A DNA stretch of 64,000 bases from a virus, in the IMG/VR virus record IMGVR_UViG_3300050821_005343, positions 1-64,000 of that record; one strand, written 5' to 3'. The position numbers and the translations under genes are program-made. This document shows positions 54,639-62,748 of the stretch, piece after piece (the first letter of the stretch is position 1; each line of letters starts with the position of its first letter). The notes beneath the pieces are model-generated. The model was given only the letters and a program-made list of their open reading frames with translations. It had not been told where the DNA came from and made no database searches.

Positions 54639-54994
54639 CCGAAGCCGCGGGTGAACGTCGCCTTCCCAATCGCCTCGAGCAATTCGCTTTGTTCTTCGAT
54701 GGTCAGGTCGGCGGCGGCCTCGATCTGCTCTAGGTCATCCCCCTTCTTAAATCCCATGGCGATTATGAGCGGGATTGCGTCCGGCGCAGTCTTCACTATT
54801 TCGCCGACAGTGACAGGCGCTCCCATGAAGAACTTCTGCATGGGAACGAATTTCTCCATCAGATCGCCGACGTTGCCGGTCGAGAGTCCGACTACTTCAG
54901 ACTCTCGACCGTCAGAGAATGTCACGACCTGCGCCTTGCGGCGCAGATCGAGCAACCCCAATTTATCTGGGGCTTTAATATCTTTCAGTTTCAA
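54431..54994 (-). CDS. Tail assembly chaperone (gpG-like)
   Basis: Follows the tail tube gene; TF.RG.GPF motif. Confidence 0.8.
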   Translation of the reverse strand: MKLKDIKAPDKLGLLDLRRKAQVVTFSDGRESEVVGLSTGNVGDLMEKFVPMQKFFMGAPVTVGEIVKTAPDAIPLIIAMGFKKGDDLEQIEAAADLTIEEQSELLEAIGKATFTRGFGPFDARLRALGLAVKGETGKAPDTTSQRPRQPSSLPDKTKSGSSDLPPDSLPRTPSSESEGASETSLTA

Positions 54995-55038
54995 AAAGGT
55001 TGCTCCCTTTTAATGCCACTTATTTCTTACTATGCAAC

Positions 55039-55587
55039 TCAGAGGTCAGCGAAATTCGCGCAGGTGAAGCTGCCGAAGCCTTCGACCGAATCATGCTGCA
55101 CGTCGCAGGTGATCGACAGCTTCTGCCAATCTCCCGAGCCGGCGGCGATGAGTTCAAACGGCTGGTCAGGCGTCAGAAGAACGAGCGGGAAATGCGCATT
55201 CCACTTCGGGCCGGTGACGTTCGCATCGGTAAAGTTCAACGTCGCATAGAACAGCGGGTTGCTCATCGGAATGATGCTGGCCGAGCCGGAATCCTGAGGT
55301 AGGCCGAGGAGCGCCAAGCCCATGTTGCGGGCCGTGATTTCCTCGAGTTCGATCATCAGAGTAGCCTCGAGCCGAGTCGCGACCGAGCGGTCCTTGATCT
55401 GCACGCCTTGACGTGAGCTGTAGTGATGAAGCAACGTCGGCTTGACCTGGAATTTTGCCGAAGTAACGTTGCCCATATCGAGGGCGCCGTGACCGTCGTT
55501 CAAATCCATAGTCATGAAGCCGCGGCCGACGCGATAGTCGCCGATGTTGGGGGAAGTGGTGGTGGGTTGAATTACGCCAATGGGCAT
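55039..55587 (-). CDS. Major tail tube protein
   Basis: Y.VGRG, DMGNV, HYSSR.G...KD, LEE.T..N..LAL.G. Confidence 0.85.
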   Translation of the reverse strand: MPIGVIQPTTTSPNIGDYRVGRGFMTMDLNDGHGALDMGNVTSAKFQVKPTLLHHYSSRQGVQIKDRSVATRLEATLMIELEEITARNMGLALLGLPQDSGSASIIPMSNPLFYATLNFTDANVTGPKWNAHFPLVLLTPDQPFELIAAGSGDWQKLSITCDVQHDSVEGFGSFTCANFADL

Positions 55588-55608
55588 TTTAGTTGTCCTT
55601 TCTGGACA

Positions 55609-55633
55609 TAAAAAAAGCGCCCACTGGGCGCTT
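55609..55633 (-). terminator. Intrinsic terminator
   Basis: AAGCGCCCA-G-TGGGCGCTT inverted repeat running into a T-tract. Confidence 0.7.
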
Positions 55634-55687
55634 GATTGGAGGGTTGTTGCGTGGTAAGCCACGGCGCGCAGAAGAAAGGCGACGCCT

Positions 55688-55909
55688 GTGTTAGAAGATT
55701 GGTTTGACGAGCCGTCAGACGATCCGTGGACCCAAGGATACAGAACTTGGTGTAAGGGCCACTCAGCCTGGGAAGACGGCTACGGGTTTGACGAGAAACG
55801 GTTTGGCATTGACACCAACCCGTGTCCCCCATCGAGTCCTGATCACTTGGAATGGCAAAAGGGTTGGGGAACCGCGCTTGATGACTATATTGCCGGCCTA
55901 TACGCCTAA
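55688..55909 (+). CDS. Moron: Rmf/CrpP-fold-like small protein
   Basis: G..A...G.......NP.P......EW.KGW; has its own promoter and operator. Confidence 0.55.
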   Translation: MLEDWFDEPSDDPWTQGYRTWCKGHSAWEDGYGFDEKRFGIDTNPCPPSSPDHLEWQKGWGTALDDYIAGLYA

Positions 55910-55910
55910 C

Positions 55911-56414
55911 TCAGGGCCGGATTGGTGTTAGCCAGTAGCGGAAAGAGTAACGGACGAGTAATCGGCCAAAAAGCGTCATAGACTCTGGGTCCATGTCCGT
56001 ATATGAGCCGAGATAGGTGATCTGGCCACTAGGACCAAGAATAGAGATTAGAGTCGGATCGTTCTCAATGGCGGCTCGCACGCTCATGCGCCACTGAGAT
56101 ATTTCCGGACCGATAGGGGCCGCAACCACAGTGCCGTTCGGCCCGTCTAACGTTAGGTTTGTGGCATCCGAACGCGGCTGTGGAACAACGACGATATGCG
56201 GCTTGAGGTTGATAATACCGCCAGGAAACCTTACCGACTTATTTCTGACCGCCTCGTCGGCCATGGTATTGTCTTCTTCGCCGTCGAGCAGAATGATGGC
56301 CGGAAGTTCCATCGTGCTGAAGTCTCCGCGATCACGATAAACGCCAGCAATTCCCGAGACGCCAGAAAGAAGGGTTTGTAGCTGCTCGAGGATGGCCTCG
56401 CGGGTGTCGCTCAT
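55911..56414 (-). CDS. Tail terminator protein
   Basis: D.RE.IL..L, LPAIILLDG.E, ND.TL; position before the tube gene. Confidence 0.75.
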   Translation of the reverse strand: MSDTREAILEQLQTLLSGVSGIAGVYRDRGDFSTMELPAIILLDGEEDNTMADEAVRNKSVRFPGGIINLKPHIVVVPQPRSDATNLTLDGPNGTVVAAPIGPEISQWRMSVRAAIENDPTLISILGPSGQITYLGSYTDMDPESMTLFGRLLVRYSFRYWLTPIRP

Positions 56415-56815
56415 GCGCGCACCGGCAAGAACCAATAGACAGGTACGCCGCTCATATTCACCGGCACCGCCGGCTCCATAAGCTTTAGCGTCTCTTCGAC
56501 TACCGGAGGATCGGTCCACGGAAACTTGTAAACAAGCAGGGATTCACGTTCGTGGTCAGGCGGTCCCGCAGGAAGATCGAGCGCGCCAAACAACGCGCGC
56601 CTAACCAGCGGATCGTAAGCCTTGCCGAAGATGTCCTGCACGCGCCAGCCGGTTAGGACAACGCGGCACTTCCTAAGCGCGCCAGTCTTATTGGAGCGCA
56701 GCGACGCTGGCCTGCCATAGCGGGCAATCATCCGCTGGACGGTCGCCTGCGCTCTTGCGTAGTCGAACCGCGAAGCGGTGGGGTCGTCTATTGTAGGAGA
56801 ACCTAGGAGCGTCAC
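56411..56815 (-). CDS. Head closure protein
   Basis: FDY......RMI.RYG; position after the adaptor. Confidence 0.7.
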   Translation of the reverse strand: MTLLGSPTIDDPTASRFDYARAQATVQRMIARYGRPASLRSNKTGALRKCRVVLTGWRVQDIFGKAYDPLVRRALFGALDLPAGPPDHERESLLVYKFPWTDPPVVEETLKLMEPAVPVNMSGVPVYWFLPVRA

Positions 56816-56892
56816 AGGACGATGCCCATATTAGCGCAACGAGATCACGTAACAGGCCAGACCATAGCAGCCCATGAAAATGAAAAATGGCA

Positions 56893-57264
56893 TCAGCATA
56901 TCGCCACGGCCGGGAAGTTAATTCGCATCAAGTTGACGAATCTAATGCCGTAATCGGTTGTATTGTAATCGCTGCGGTCGCTGGGATCTGGCTGCGACGG
57001 CTGGGCATAGGTGACGGAGAAGTCGCTGCCGATCTTCTCGCTGGTAATCTGCTGATTAGTGCCGCTCTGCTCGCGCTGAATCGCCACCATCAGGTAGTGG
57101 GCAGCGAGATAAGAGAACGCCAGCACGTAATAGTCAGCCATCCACGTCGTCACGTCCATGATCAGGGACGCTTCCTCGATGGCAAACTGGACGCGCGCGT
57201 CATCCTGATGCCTGAATTCAGGAAAGCGGATTTTGACCGAGGTGGCGTCGATCGGGAAGGGCAT
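56893..57264 (-). CDS. DUF4054 head-tail adaptor
   Basis: RFPEF, LAAH.L, SV.Y, T.YG..F..L. Confidence 0.88.
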   Translation of the reverse strand: MPFPIDATSVKIRFPEFRHQDDARVQFAIEEASLIMDVTTWMADYYVLAFSYLAAHYLMVAIQREQSGTNQQITSEKIGSDFSVTYAQPSQPDPSDRSDYNTTDYGIRFVNLMRINFPAVAIC

Positions 57265-57295
57265 TGACAATCCAAAAAGTGCGTGGTAAGCAACA

Positions 57296-57400
57296 CGAGT
57301 CAGGTGGCTTATGCCCAATGACTCGAAACCGGGAGGCTGAAATGAACCCGGCCGGTGCAAAGACCGGCAACCGGAGGGCGTCCGAAAGGGCGCCCTTTTT
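57296..57400 (+). ncRNA. Putative multi-hairpin small RNA with terminator
   Basis: TTGACA (57264)-17-TAAGCA; three hairpins, then AGGGCGTCC-GAAA-GGGCGCCCT-TTTT. Confidence 0.55.
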
Positions 57401-57407
57401 GTTTCCC

Positions 57408-57650
57408 TTAAATCCCGAGCGCCGTTCCCAACGCTGGCGGCGACCAGCCTGGATCAGTCACGCCCTTGGACAGCGGCCCGTTTTCGCGGAACACCTCTGG
57501 CGAGCCGTGCCAGGCGTTGATTTCAGCTTCCGCGCGTGTTGGATCAAGACGGCCGTGTTTGGTCACGACGGTATGCCCCGCGGCGGTATTGATTTGATTG
57601 TAAAGAAGATTGAGGTCGAGGATCGACCATTGAGTGACGACGCTCGTCAT
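57408..57650 (-). CDS. Hypothetical virion-region protein
   Basis: ATGA-coupled. Confidence 0.6.
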   Translation of the reverse strand: MTSVVTQWSILDLNLLYNQINTAAGHTVVTKHGRLDPTRAEAEINAWHGSPEVFRENGPLSKGVTDPGWSPPALGTALGI

Positions 57651-58027
57651 GGGGAGCTTCCTTCAAGGTTGGCGTTGATCGGCGAGGCGGTCACCGTCAT
57701 GATTCCAGCAACCACGGTGGCGGGATTTCCCCCTGCATCGACCGTCGTCGCACTGTGATAGTAATTTCCGAGCAGGGAGATGGTGTCCTCAATTACGAGG
57801 CTGACCACGAACGTATCAGGGGGCGATGCCGCAATGACGATGTCTCCAGGACTGCCGGTCGATTTCACGATGATTGGAACTAGCGAAGTCACGCTGCCAG
57901 ATGTCTGGCTATAGGCCCGCCAATTCACCGTCGCGTTGACGAGCGAGATGCCGTCAGCGGGATCGAGATGAAAGGTTACGTTAAGATTATCGCCCGCGGC
58001 GATAGGGAAATTCTGGAGCGCTGGCAT
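57647..58027 (-). CDS. BppU-N-like Ig-fold virion protein
   Basis: AGD.....F, L...DT..L.G.YYH, TV..G...V. Confidence 0.65.
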   Translation of the reverse strand: MPALQNFPIAAGDNLNVTFHLDPADGISLVNATVNWRAYSQTSGSVTSLVPIIVKSTGSPGDIVIAASPPDTFVVSLVIEDTISLLGNYYHSATTVDAGGNPATVVAGIMTVTASPINANLEGSSP

Positions 58028-58888
58028 TTAGTTTGACTTCCTTCCAGCACGGAGTTGCGGGCTGTCTCGGTCGGCTAGAAGAAAAGGCGAATCCCGGTCA
58101 GCGCGTAGGTTTATGTTGCGGGGTGGGACCACAATCTGGGGTCGTATTGAGAAAGCAAAGATATCGGCAGTTTCAGTTAGCGACAGTTCTGCCTGATTGT
58201 CGTTAAATCCAGCGAAAGCAAAGGAATCGGCCGCTTCCGTGAGGGCGAACGAGACGGCGTTGGCGTTAAAGGTAACTAAGGCGAAAGCGTCAGGCGGCTC
58301 AGTGAACGCAAACGATGCGCTGATGATGTCGGACGCATTAAACGAAAAGACGTCTGGCTGCTCGGTGACGGCGAACGAAGCGCTATTGACATCAGATGCG
58401 GCGAAGGCGAAAGAGTCCGCAGTCTCTGTTACTGCGAACGATGCTTGGTTGGAATCAGTAGCCGCAAAAGCAAAGGCGTCTGCGGCTTCCGTAACCGCAA
58501 ATGAAACGCTATTAAGATTGGCGGCAACGAAGGAGAATGCATCCGCCGCCTCTGCGACAGCTAAGGCTGCTTGGTTAACGTCCGTCGCGGCGAAAGCAAA
58601 GGTATCTGCGACTTCAGTGACTGCGAAGGATGCGTTATTTGCGTCAGAAGCCGCGAAAGCGAATGTGTCTGCGGCTTCAGTAACGGAGAATGATGCGCTG
58701 TTAACATCCGTCGCGGCAATGGAAAAAGTATCAGCAGGCTCCGTGACGGCAACGGACGCATTGTTGACATCTGCGCCGACGAAAGAAAAAGTATCAGACG
58801 GCTCTGTGAGCGCCAGGGTCGCCTGATTAGCGGGCGACGAGGCAAGAGAGCTTACCGGCGCTTCTGATACTGCTTCTAGCCCAAGCAT
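58028..58888 (-). CDS. Virion fibre protein with 22-aa tandem repeats
   Basis: About 11 copies of NxASFAVTEAADxFAFAAxDxx. Confidence 0.8.
   Translation of the reverse strand: MLGLEAVSEAPVSSLASSPANQATLALTEPSDTFSFVGADVNNASVAVTEPADTFSIAATDVNSASFSVTEAADTFAFAASDANNASFAVTEVADTFAFAATDVNQAALAVAEAADAFSFVAANLNSVSFAVTEAADAFAFAATDSNQASFAVTETADSFAFAASDVNSASFAVTEQPDVFSFNASDIISASFAFTEPPDAFALVTFNANAVSFALTEAADSFAFAGFNDNQAELSLTETADIFAFSIRPQIVVPPRNINLRADRDSPFLLADRDSPQLRAGRKSN
58160..58830 (-). repeat. 66-bp degenerate tandem repeat
   Basis: DNA underlying the 22-aa protein repeat. Confidence 0.85.
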
Positions 58889-58905
58889 GGCAGCCCCTGC
58901 TTAGG

Positions 58906-59826
58906 TTAGTGTTGGTACCAAGACTTTAGGGTGGCTGCAATGGCGGCTGTTTGCGTCCCGATAGCTCCTGTATTGAAATCTATAAATATGCCTACATTTG
59001 TATAGCCAGACGTTCCTAAATAGCCAGAAGATTTTGCTACTGTAAACAACTGGATAAAACTTACCCCATCAACTGAATTGGAGAACGTTACATTAGTCCC
59101 GTCGTCGCTAACTCGGAAATAAACCTCTGATGGCGAATATTGGAAAAACACCGGCCCGTAATCAGTCGCGGTAAATGTTGTCGCGTTTGAATAATGCTCA
59201 ACTACAAGTTTGTTTACAATTGGTGCCGAATTGGTAACAAATACTTCCATCGCCTGGTATTTTGTCCCGTCTGTCCATCCCATGCCAAACGTATTATTAC
59301 CATCCGACGGCCCGTAAACACTAAGTGTAGCATCTATTGTGTACGGGGTTGATGGGGACGCAATCGTCATGCCCCTCAATATAATGCTGTTCTGACTCGC
59401 CGTTTCCTTTAGAAATGGACCTATCGGACTGTCGACAAGACTCGTAGTGCCCGCAAAATTTCGCTGCGTCCAGTTGGCTGCTAGTGGAGGGGCTACGCGA
59501 GGCGGGTGGCGCAGCGCCGAGGCCGGCTCCGTCAGAAAGACGGTGCTGGTGCCGGTAAGGCTGACAAGGACTCCGGGACCACTTGAGCCGTCCAACACAT
59601 TCGCAGCCGTTCGCGTTAGCGTTGTCCCACTCAGAGTATAGGTGCTGGCGCCCTGTATTTCCCAACCTGTGCCGTTGCCGCTAATGATGCAAATATTGCA
59701 CTGGTTGCCGTTGCCGACGACGGCAAACGATTGGAACCCCGTCGCCGCCCCAGCAAGGGTCAGCGTGCCGGTTCCTGTTGTCGCGGTCGTTTCTTTGACG
59801 CGATCCGCAATGACTAGGCCGGTCAT
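58906..59826 (-). CDS. Fibre/receptor-binding protein with lectin-like C-terminus
   Basis: ADRVKET..T.GTG..TL.GA..GF.SF N-terminus; AT-rich beta-sandwich-like C-terminus. Confidence 0.75.
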   Translation of the reverse strand: MTGLVIADRVKETTATTGTGTLTLAGAATGFQSFAVVGNGNQCNICIISGNGTGWEIQGASTYTLSGTTLTRTAANVLDGSSGPGVLVSLTGTSTVFLTEPASALRHPPRVAPPLAANWTQRNFAGTTSLVDSPIGPFLKETASQNSIILRGMTIASPSTPYTIDATLSVYGPSDGNNTFGMGWTDGTKYQAMEVFVTNSAPIVNKLVVEHYSNATTFTATDYGPVFFQYSPSEVYFRVSDDGTNVTFSNSVDGVSFIQLFTVAKSSGYLGTSGYTNVGIFIDFNTGAIGTQTAAIAATLKSWYQH

Positions 59827-59829
59827 TGG

Positions 59830-60204
59830 TTACGGCCCAGGCGCGGTCGGGACGATCTGCGACGTCGACACCCAATCGGCTATTACCTGGTCAAGCGCCG
59901 GAACTGGTTTAGGATTTGGGTCTGTCACAATATCGAAGAAGTAAGTAATTGATGTGATACCAATACCTGAGATGGTGACTGGGATGCTGGTCGACGCCAG
60001 CACTAATGGCGTCAGTTGGATGCGATAAGCTACACCCAAAGCCGGATTCTGTACTACCATAACAGCCCCAAGACTATTCGGCAGTCCGCTAGTTACTGCG
60101 GGATTAGAACCGGCGGGAGGAGTCGTGCTACTTACGCCATTCGTGACGAAGGTAAGCGGCGGCGAGGTCCAGACTTTGTCGTTGAATATTACAAGATTTG
60201 CCAT
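59830..60204 (-). CDS. Hypothetical virion protein
   Basis: GGAG RBS; beta-rich. Confidence 0.6.
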   Translation of the reverse strand: MANLVIFNDKVWTSPPLTFVTNGVSSTTPPAGSNPAVTSGLPNSLGAVMVVQNPALGVAYRIQLTPLVLASTSIPVTISGIGITSITYFFDIVTDPNPKPVPALDQVIADWVSTSQIVPTAPGP

Positions 60205-60261
60205 GAGGATCTCTCCGCTTATAGGATTGCCGGAAACCGAGGACTGAGAAGGCATTACGCG

Positions 60262-60675
60262 CTACGGGCTGGTAATAGTTCCCGAGGTGACGCTGACCGG
60301 AATGCCGGTCGAAAACGTCGTTGTGGTTACAATGATGCTCGTCGCGCTGGTGCCGACCGTGAGTCCGCTAACGACGGTATTGCCGGCGCTGTCACGCAAT
60401 TCAGCCAGAGCCGCCGTGCCGTTGGCGGCTGGAGTTGCTGAGAGCGGTGTGCCCTGCAGCGTCGCCACTTTTGAAGCAACCGTGAAGGGGGGCGTGGAAG
60501 TCAGCGTGACGGTAGCCAGCACGCCCGTAGCGCCGGAAAGCCCAGAGGTGCCGATGACGAGCAAGCCACCTCCAGCAGTCTGACCATTGACCGAGACGCC
60601 CGCCGCAGTGCCGGTGGCGTTATAGGTTTGAGTAAGCCGGGCATTGGCCGCGGCGGTAGAATAGGCGATAGCCAT
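60262..60675 (-). CDS. Virion structural protein (Thr/Gly-rich)
   Basis: YS....NARL...GTA..A......G..V..GLTVG.S. Confidence 0.75.
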   Translation of the reverse strand: MAIAYSTAAANARLTQTYNATGTAAGVSVNGQTAGGGLLVIGTSGLSGATGVLATVTLTSTPPFTVASKVATLQGTPLSATPAANGTAALAELRDSAGNTVVSGLTVGTSATSIIVTTTTFSTGIPVSVTSGTITSP

Positions 60676-60679
60676 GACC

Positions 60680-60988
60680 TTAGCCCTCTATGGGTTGTTT
60701 TGGAGGACGCCCACGACGAGGCGCTATAGTGACGGCCTCGTCTGGGTCCGCGTGAAGAACGGCCGGAATGTCAACCGGCTGGACACGCTGCGGCTTCACC
60801 ACCGGATCTCGTTCCGTAATCTTGAGATCCGGCCGGATGGCGCGCTTTAAGATGGAAACCACATGCTCTGCGAGCTTCACGCCCACGCGGGTCTCGCCGG
60901 GGTCGATGCTGATGGGCTTAAGATTGCTAATCCCATCATAGAATGTGCGCCGACTGGCGGTCGGGTTGTGAATATCGCAGAGGATCAT
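60680..60988 (-). CDS. Post-capsid small protein with C-terminal AT-hook
   Basis: Directly after the major capsid gene; ends PRRGRPPK. Confidence 0.75.
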   Translation of the reverse strand: MILCDIHNPTASRRTFYDGISNLKPISIDPGETRVGVKLAEHVVSILKRAIRPDLKITERDPVVKPQRVQPVDIPAVLHADPDEAVTIAPRRGRPPKQPIEG

Positions 60989-60996
60989 GTGTTTGC

Positions 60997-61983
60997 TCAG
61001 CTAATGCCGTCGAGATACAGACAGGCATTGGGGCGACGGAACTCGACCGAACCGACGCGGAGATAGCCCGGAATATCAAAAGTCATCGGTCCGGTCTGCC
61101 AAACGGGCAGGAAGCGGAAGGGCGCCGGAACGTGCATCCTGACGATGCCGCGATCGTTGCGGTAGACAACGCCACGCCCGCCGCCGCTAGCCGAAGCGGT
61201 GTCGAGGTTAAGCGTCTGCCGAATCGTCAGCGGACGGTTGAACGTCATGGTGTAGAAGTTGTGCTTCTGCAAATATTCCAAAGCAGAGATAGGAGTATTT
61301 GGGATACGGGTATTTGCCAAAGCCTGCATCGCCGCAACCGGCAGAAGCACGGTGTCGGCATATTCAACAGTCTGCGAGTTAACCTGAATCTGGGTCAACG
61401 CATTCTGCACGTCCGCGACAATCTGGTCCGCAGTCTTGGCAGACCAAAGCGGCGAAGAGTTCGTGCCGTTTGCCGCAGCGTTCATGATCGGAACGCTGGT
61501 GTTGTTGAACAATCCGGTGACGCCCTTCTGGGTGTCGCCAACGCGCACCAGACGGTCGATGAACTCCTCAGAGGCGCGCCGAGCCGCTTCCGCGCGCTCT
61601 GCCGTGAGGTTCAGGCCGGGGATCATCATCGCCTGGCCGATTTCCTCGAGCGTGTAGCGGTAGCCAATGCCGGCCATCTCGACGCCCTGTTCGCGCTGGA
61701 AGCGATTGATATCGGCCATCGGAATGTTAGCCGACATGCCCGAAATCCAGCCGGCTTCACCAACACGGTCTAGACCATAGTAAGTGATGCTTTTCGCCCA
61801 CTCACCGGCCGAGGTGTCGATGCTAATAATCTGCGGATACATGATTTCCGGATAGAGAACCCGGAAGACTTCAGCCTCGATATACGTGACTTCGGACTGT
61901 AGGAAAGAAAGCGCTTGCTGATTGTCTTTGACATAGAAACTGTCAGACAGGGCGGTGCCGCCGCCGTCGCGGAAACTATACAT
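60997..61983 (-). CDS. Major capsid protein (DUF2184)
   Basis: FL..E...IE, Y...E...A, GLFN, W..KT..QI.AD, P....Y.DGI. Confidence 0.93.
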   Translation of the reverse strand: MYSFRDGGGTALSDSFYVKDNQQALSFLQSEVTYIEAEVFRVLYPEIMYPQIISIDTSAGEWAKSITYYGLDRVGEAGWISGMSANIPMADINRFQREQGVEMAGIGYRYTLEEIGQAMMIPGLNLTAERAEAARRASEEFIDRLVRVGDTQKGVTGLFNNTSVPIMNAAANGTNSSPLWSAKTADQIVADVQNALTQIQVNSQTVEYADTVLLPVAAMQALANTRIPNTPISALEYLQKHNFYTMTFNRPLTIRQTLNLDTASASGGGRGVVYRNDRGIVRMHVPAPFRFLPVWQTGPMTFDIPGYLRVGSVEFRRPNACLYLDGIS

Positions 61984-62118
61984 TTTGTATTTCTCCTGGC
62001 CCGCGGCTCTTAGGCGCAGGGCTGAAATGTGAATGGGGGTTTGTGATGCAAAAACTTGCGTATGACGCAACGTCTTACGCAAGCCTGTAGGTTTAGTTGC
62101 GTGGGCGCGAGCTTAGGT

Positions 62119-62646
62119 TCAGCTCATGATGCCGAGGCGAAGGGTGGCGAGGCCGGCGGAAGTTGTAAGTTCGCCAGCGGGGCGCGGCAGATGGGTCTCC
62201 CAACGCGAGCCTGCAATGGCGACGGCATTGGAGATGCCAGAGTTGCCAAGCGCGCCAGTGACCGAGTTGAAATAGCCCTGCGTGCCGATAGCAACGGCAG
62301 TGGCCGGAGCAACCCAGACGTCGCCGAAGGTCAGAACGGAGCAGTTGTCGCCGTCGCCGTACTTGTCCGTGAATTGGCCAGCAACGATGCCGGCAAGGTT
62401 CGGGAGGGTCGGGTCGGCCAGTGTAATGCCGACAAACACGCTGCCGGAAGTCTCGCCAACGGCAACCGACTTATCGCCATGCGTGCCGCCTTGGCACACT
62501 GCGATACCGAAGCCGATGCCTGTGCCGGCCACATCGTCAGCGATGCGGGCGTCAACGTTAAAATTGGCCATCGTGGCAACCGTGCCAAGCTGGGCGACCG
62601 GCTCGTACTGGATGTACGTGGTCTGAAGGGGAGCGGGAGTGATCAT
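62119..62646 (-). CDS. Head decoration/cement protein
   Basis: Between scaffold and capsid genes; I.FG.AV, FVGI, G.VWV. Confidence 0.8.
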   Translation of the reverse strand: MITPAPLQTTYIQYEPVAQLGTVATMANFNVDARIADDVAGTGIGFGIAVCQGGTHGDKSVAVGETSGSVFVGITLADPTLPNLAGIVAGQFTDKYGDGDNCSVLTFGDVWVAPATAVAIGTQGYFNSVTGALGNSGISNAVAIAGSRWETHLPRPAGELTTSAGLATLRLGIMS

Positions 62647-62748
62647 TTTTGGAATTTCCTAAGAAGTTGAGCGCAATGAACCAACCCGCGCCGCGAGGCG
62701 CAGGGCTTGGCCTGCGTGAAGGTGGGAAGGGTGCGGCTGTTGGCGCCT

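Noticed and set aside
58197-58826. Long + strand ORF with repeats
   Set aside because: Antisense shadow of the 66-bp repeat gene; no RBS or independent signal.
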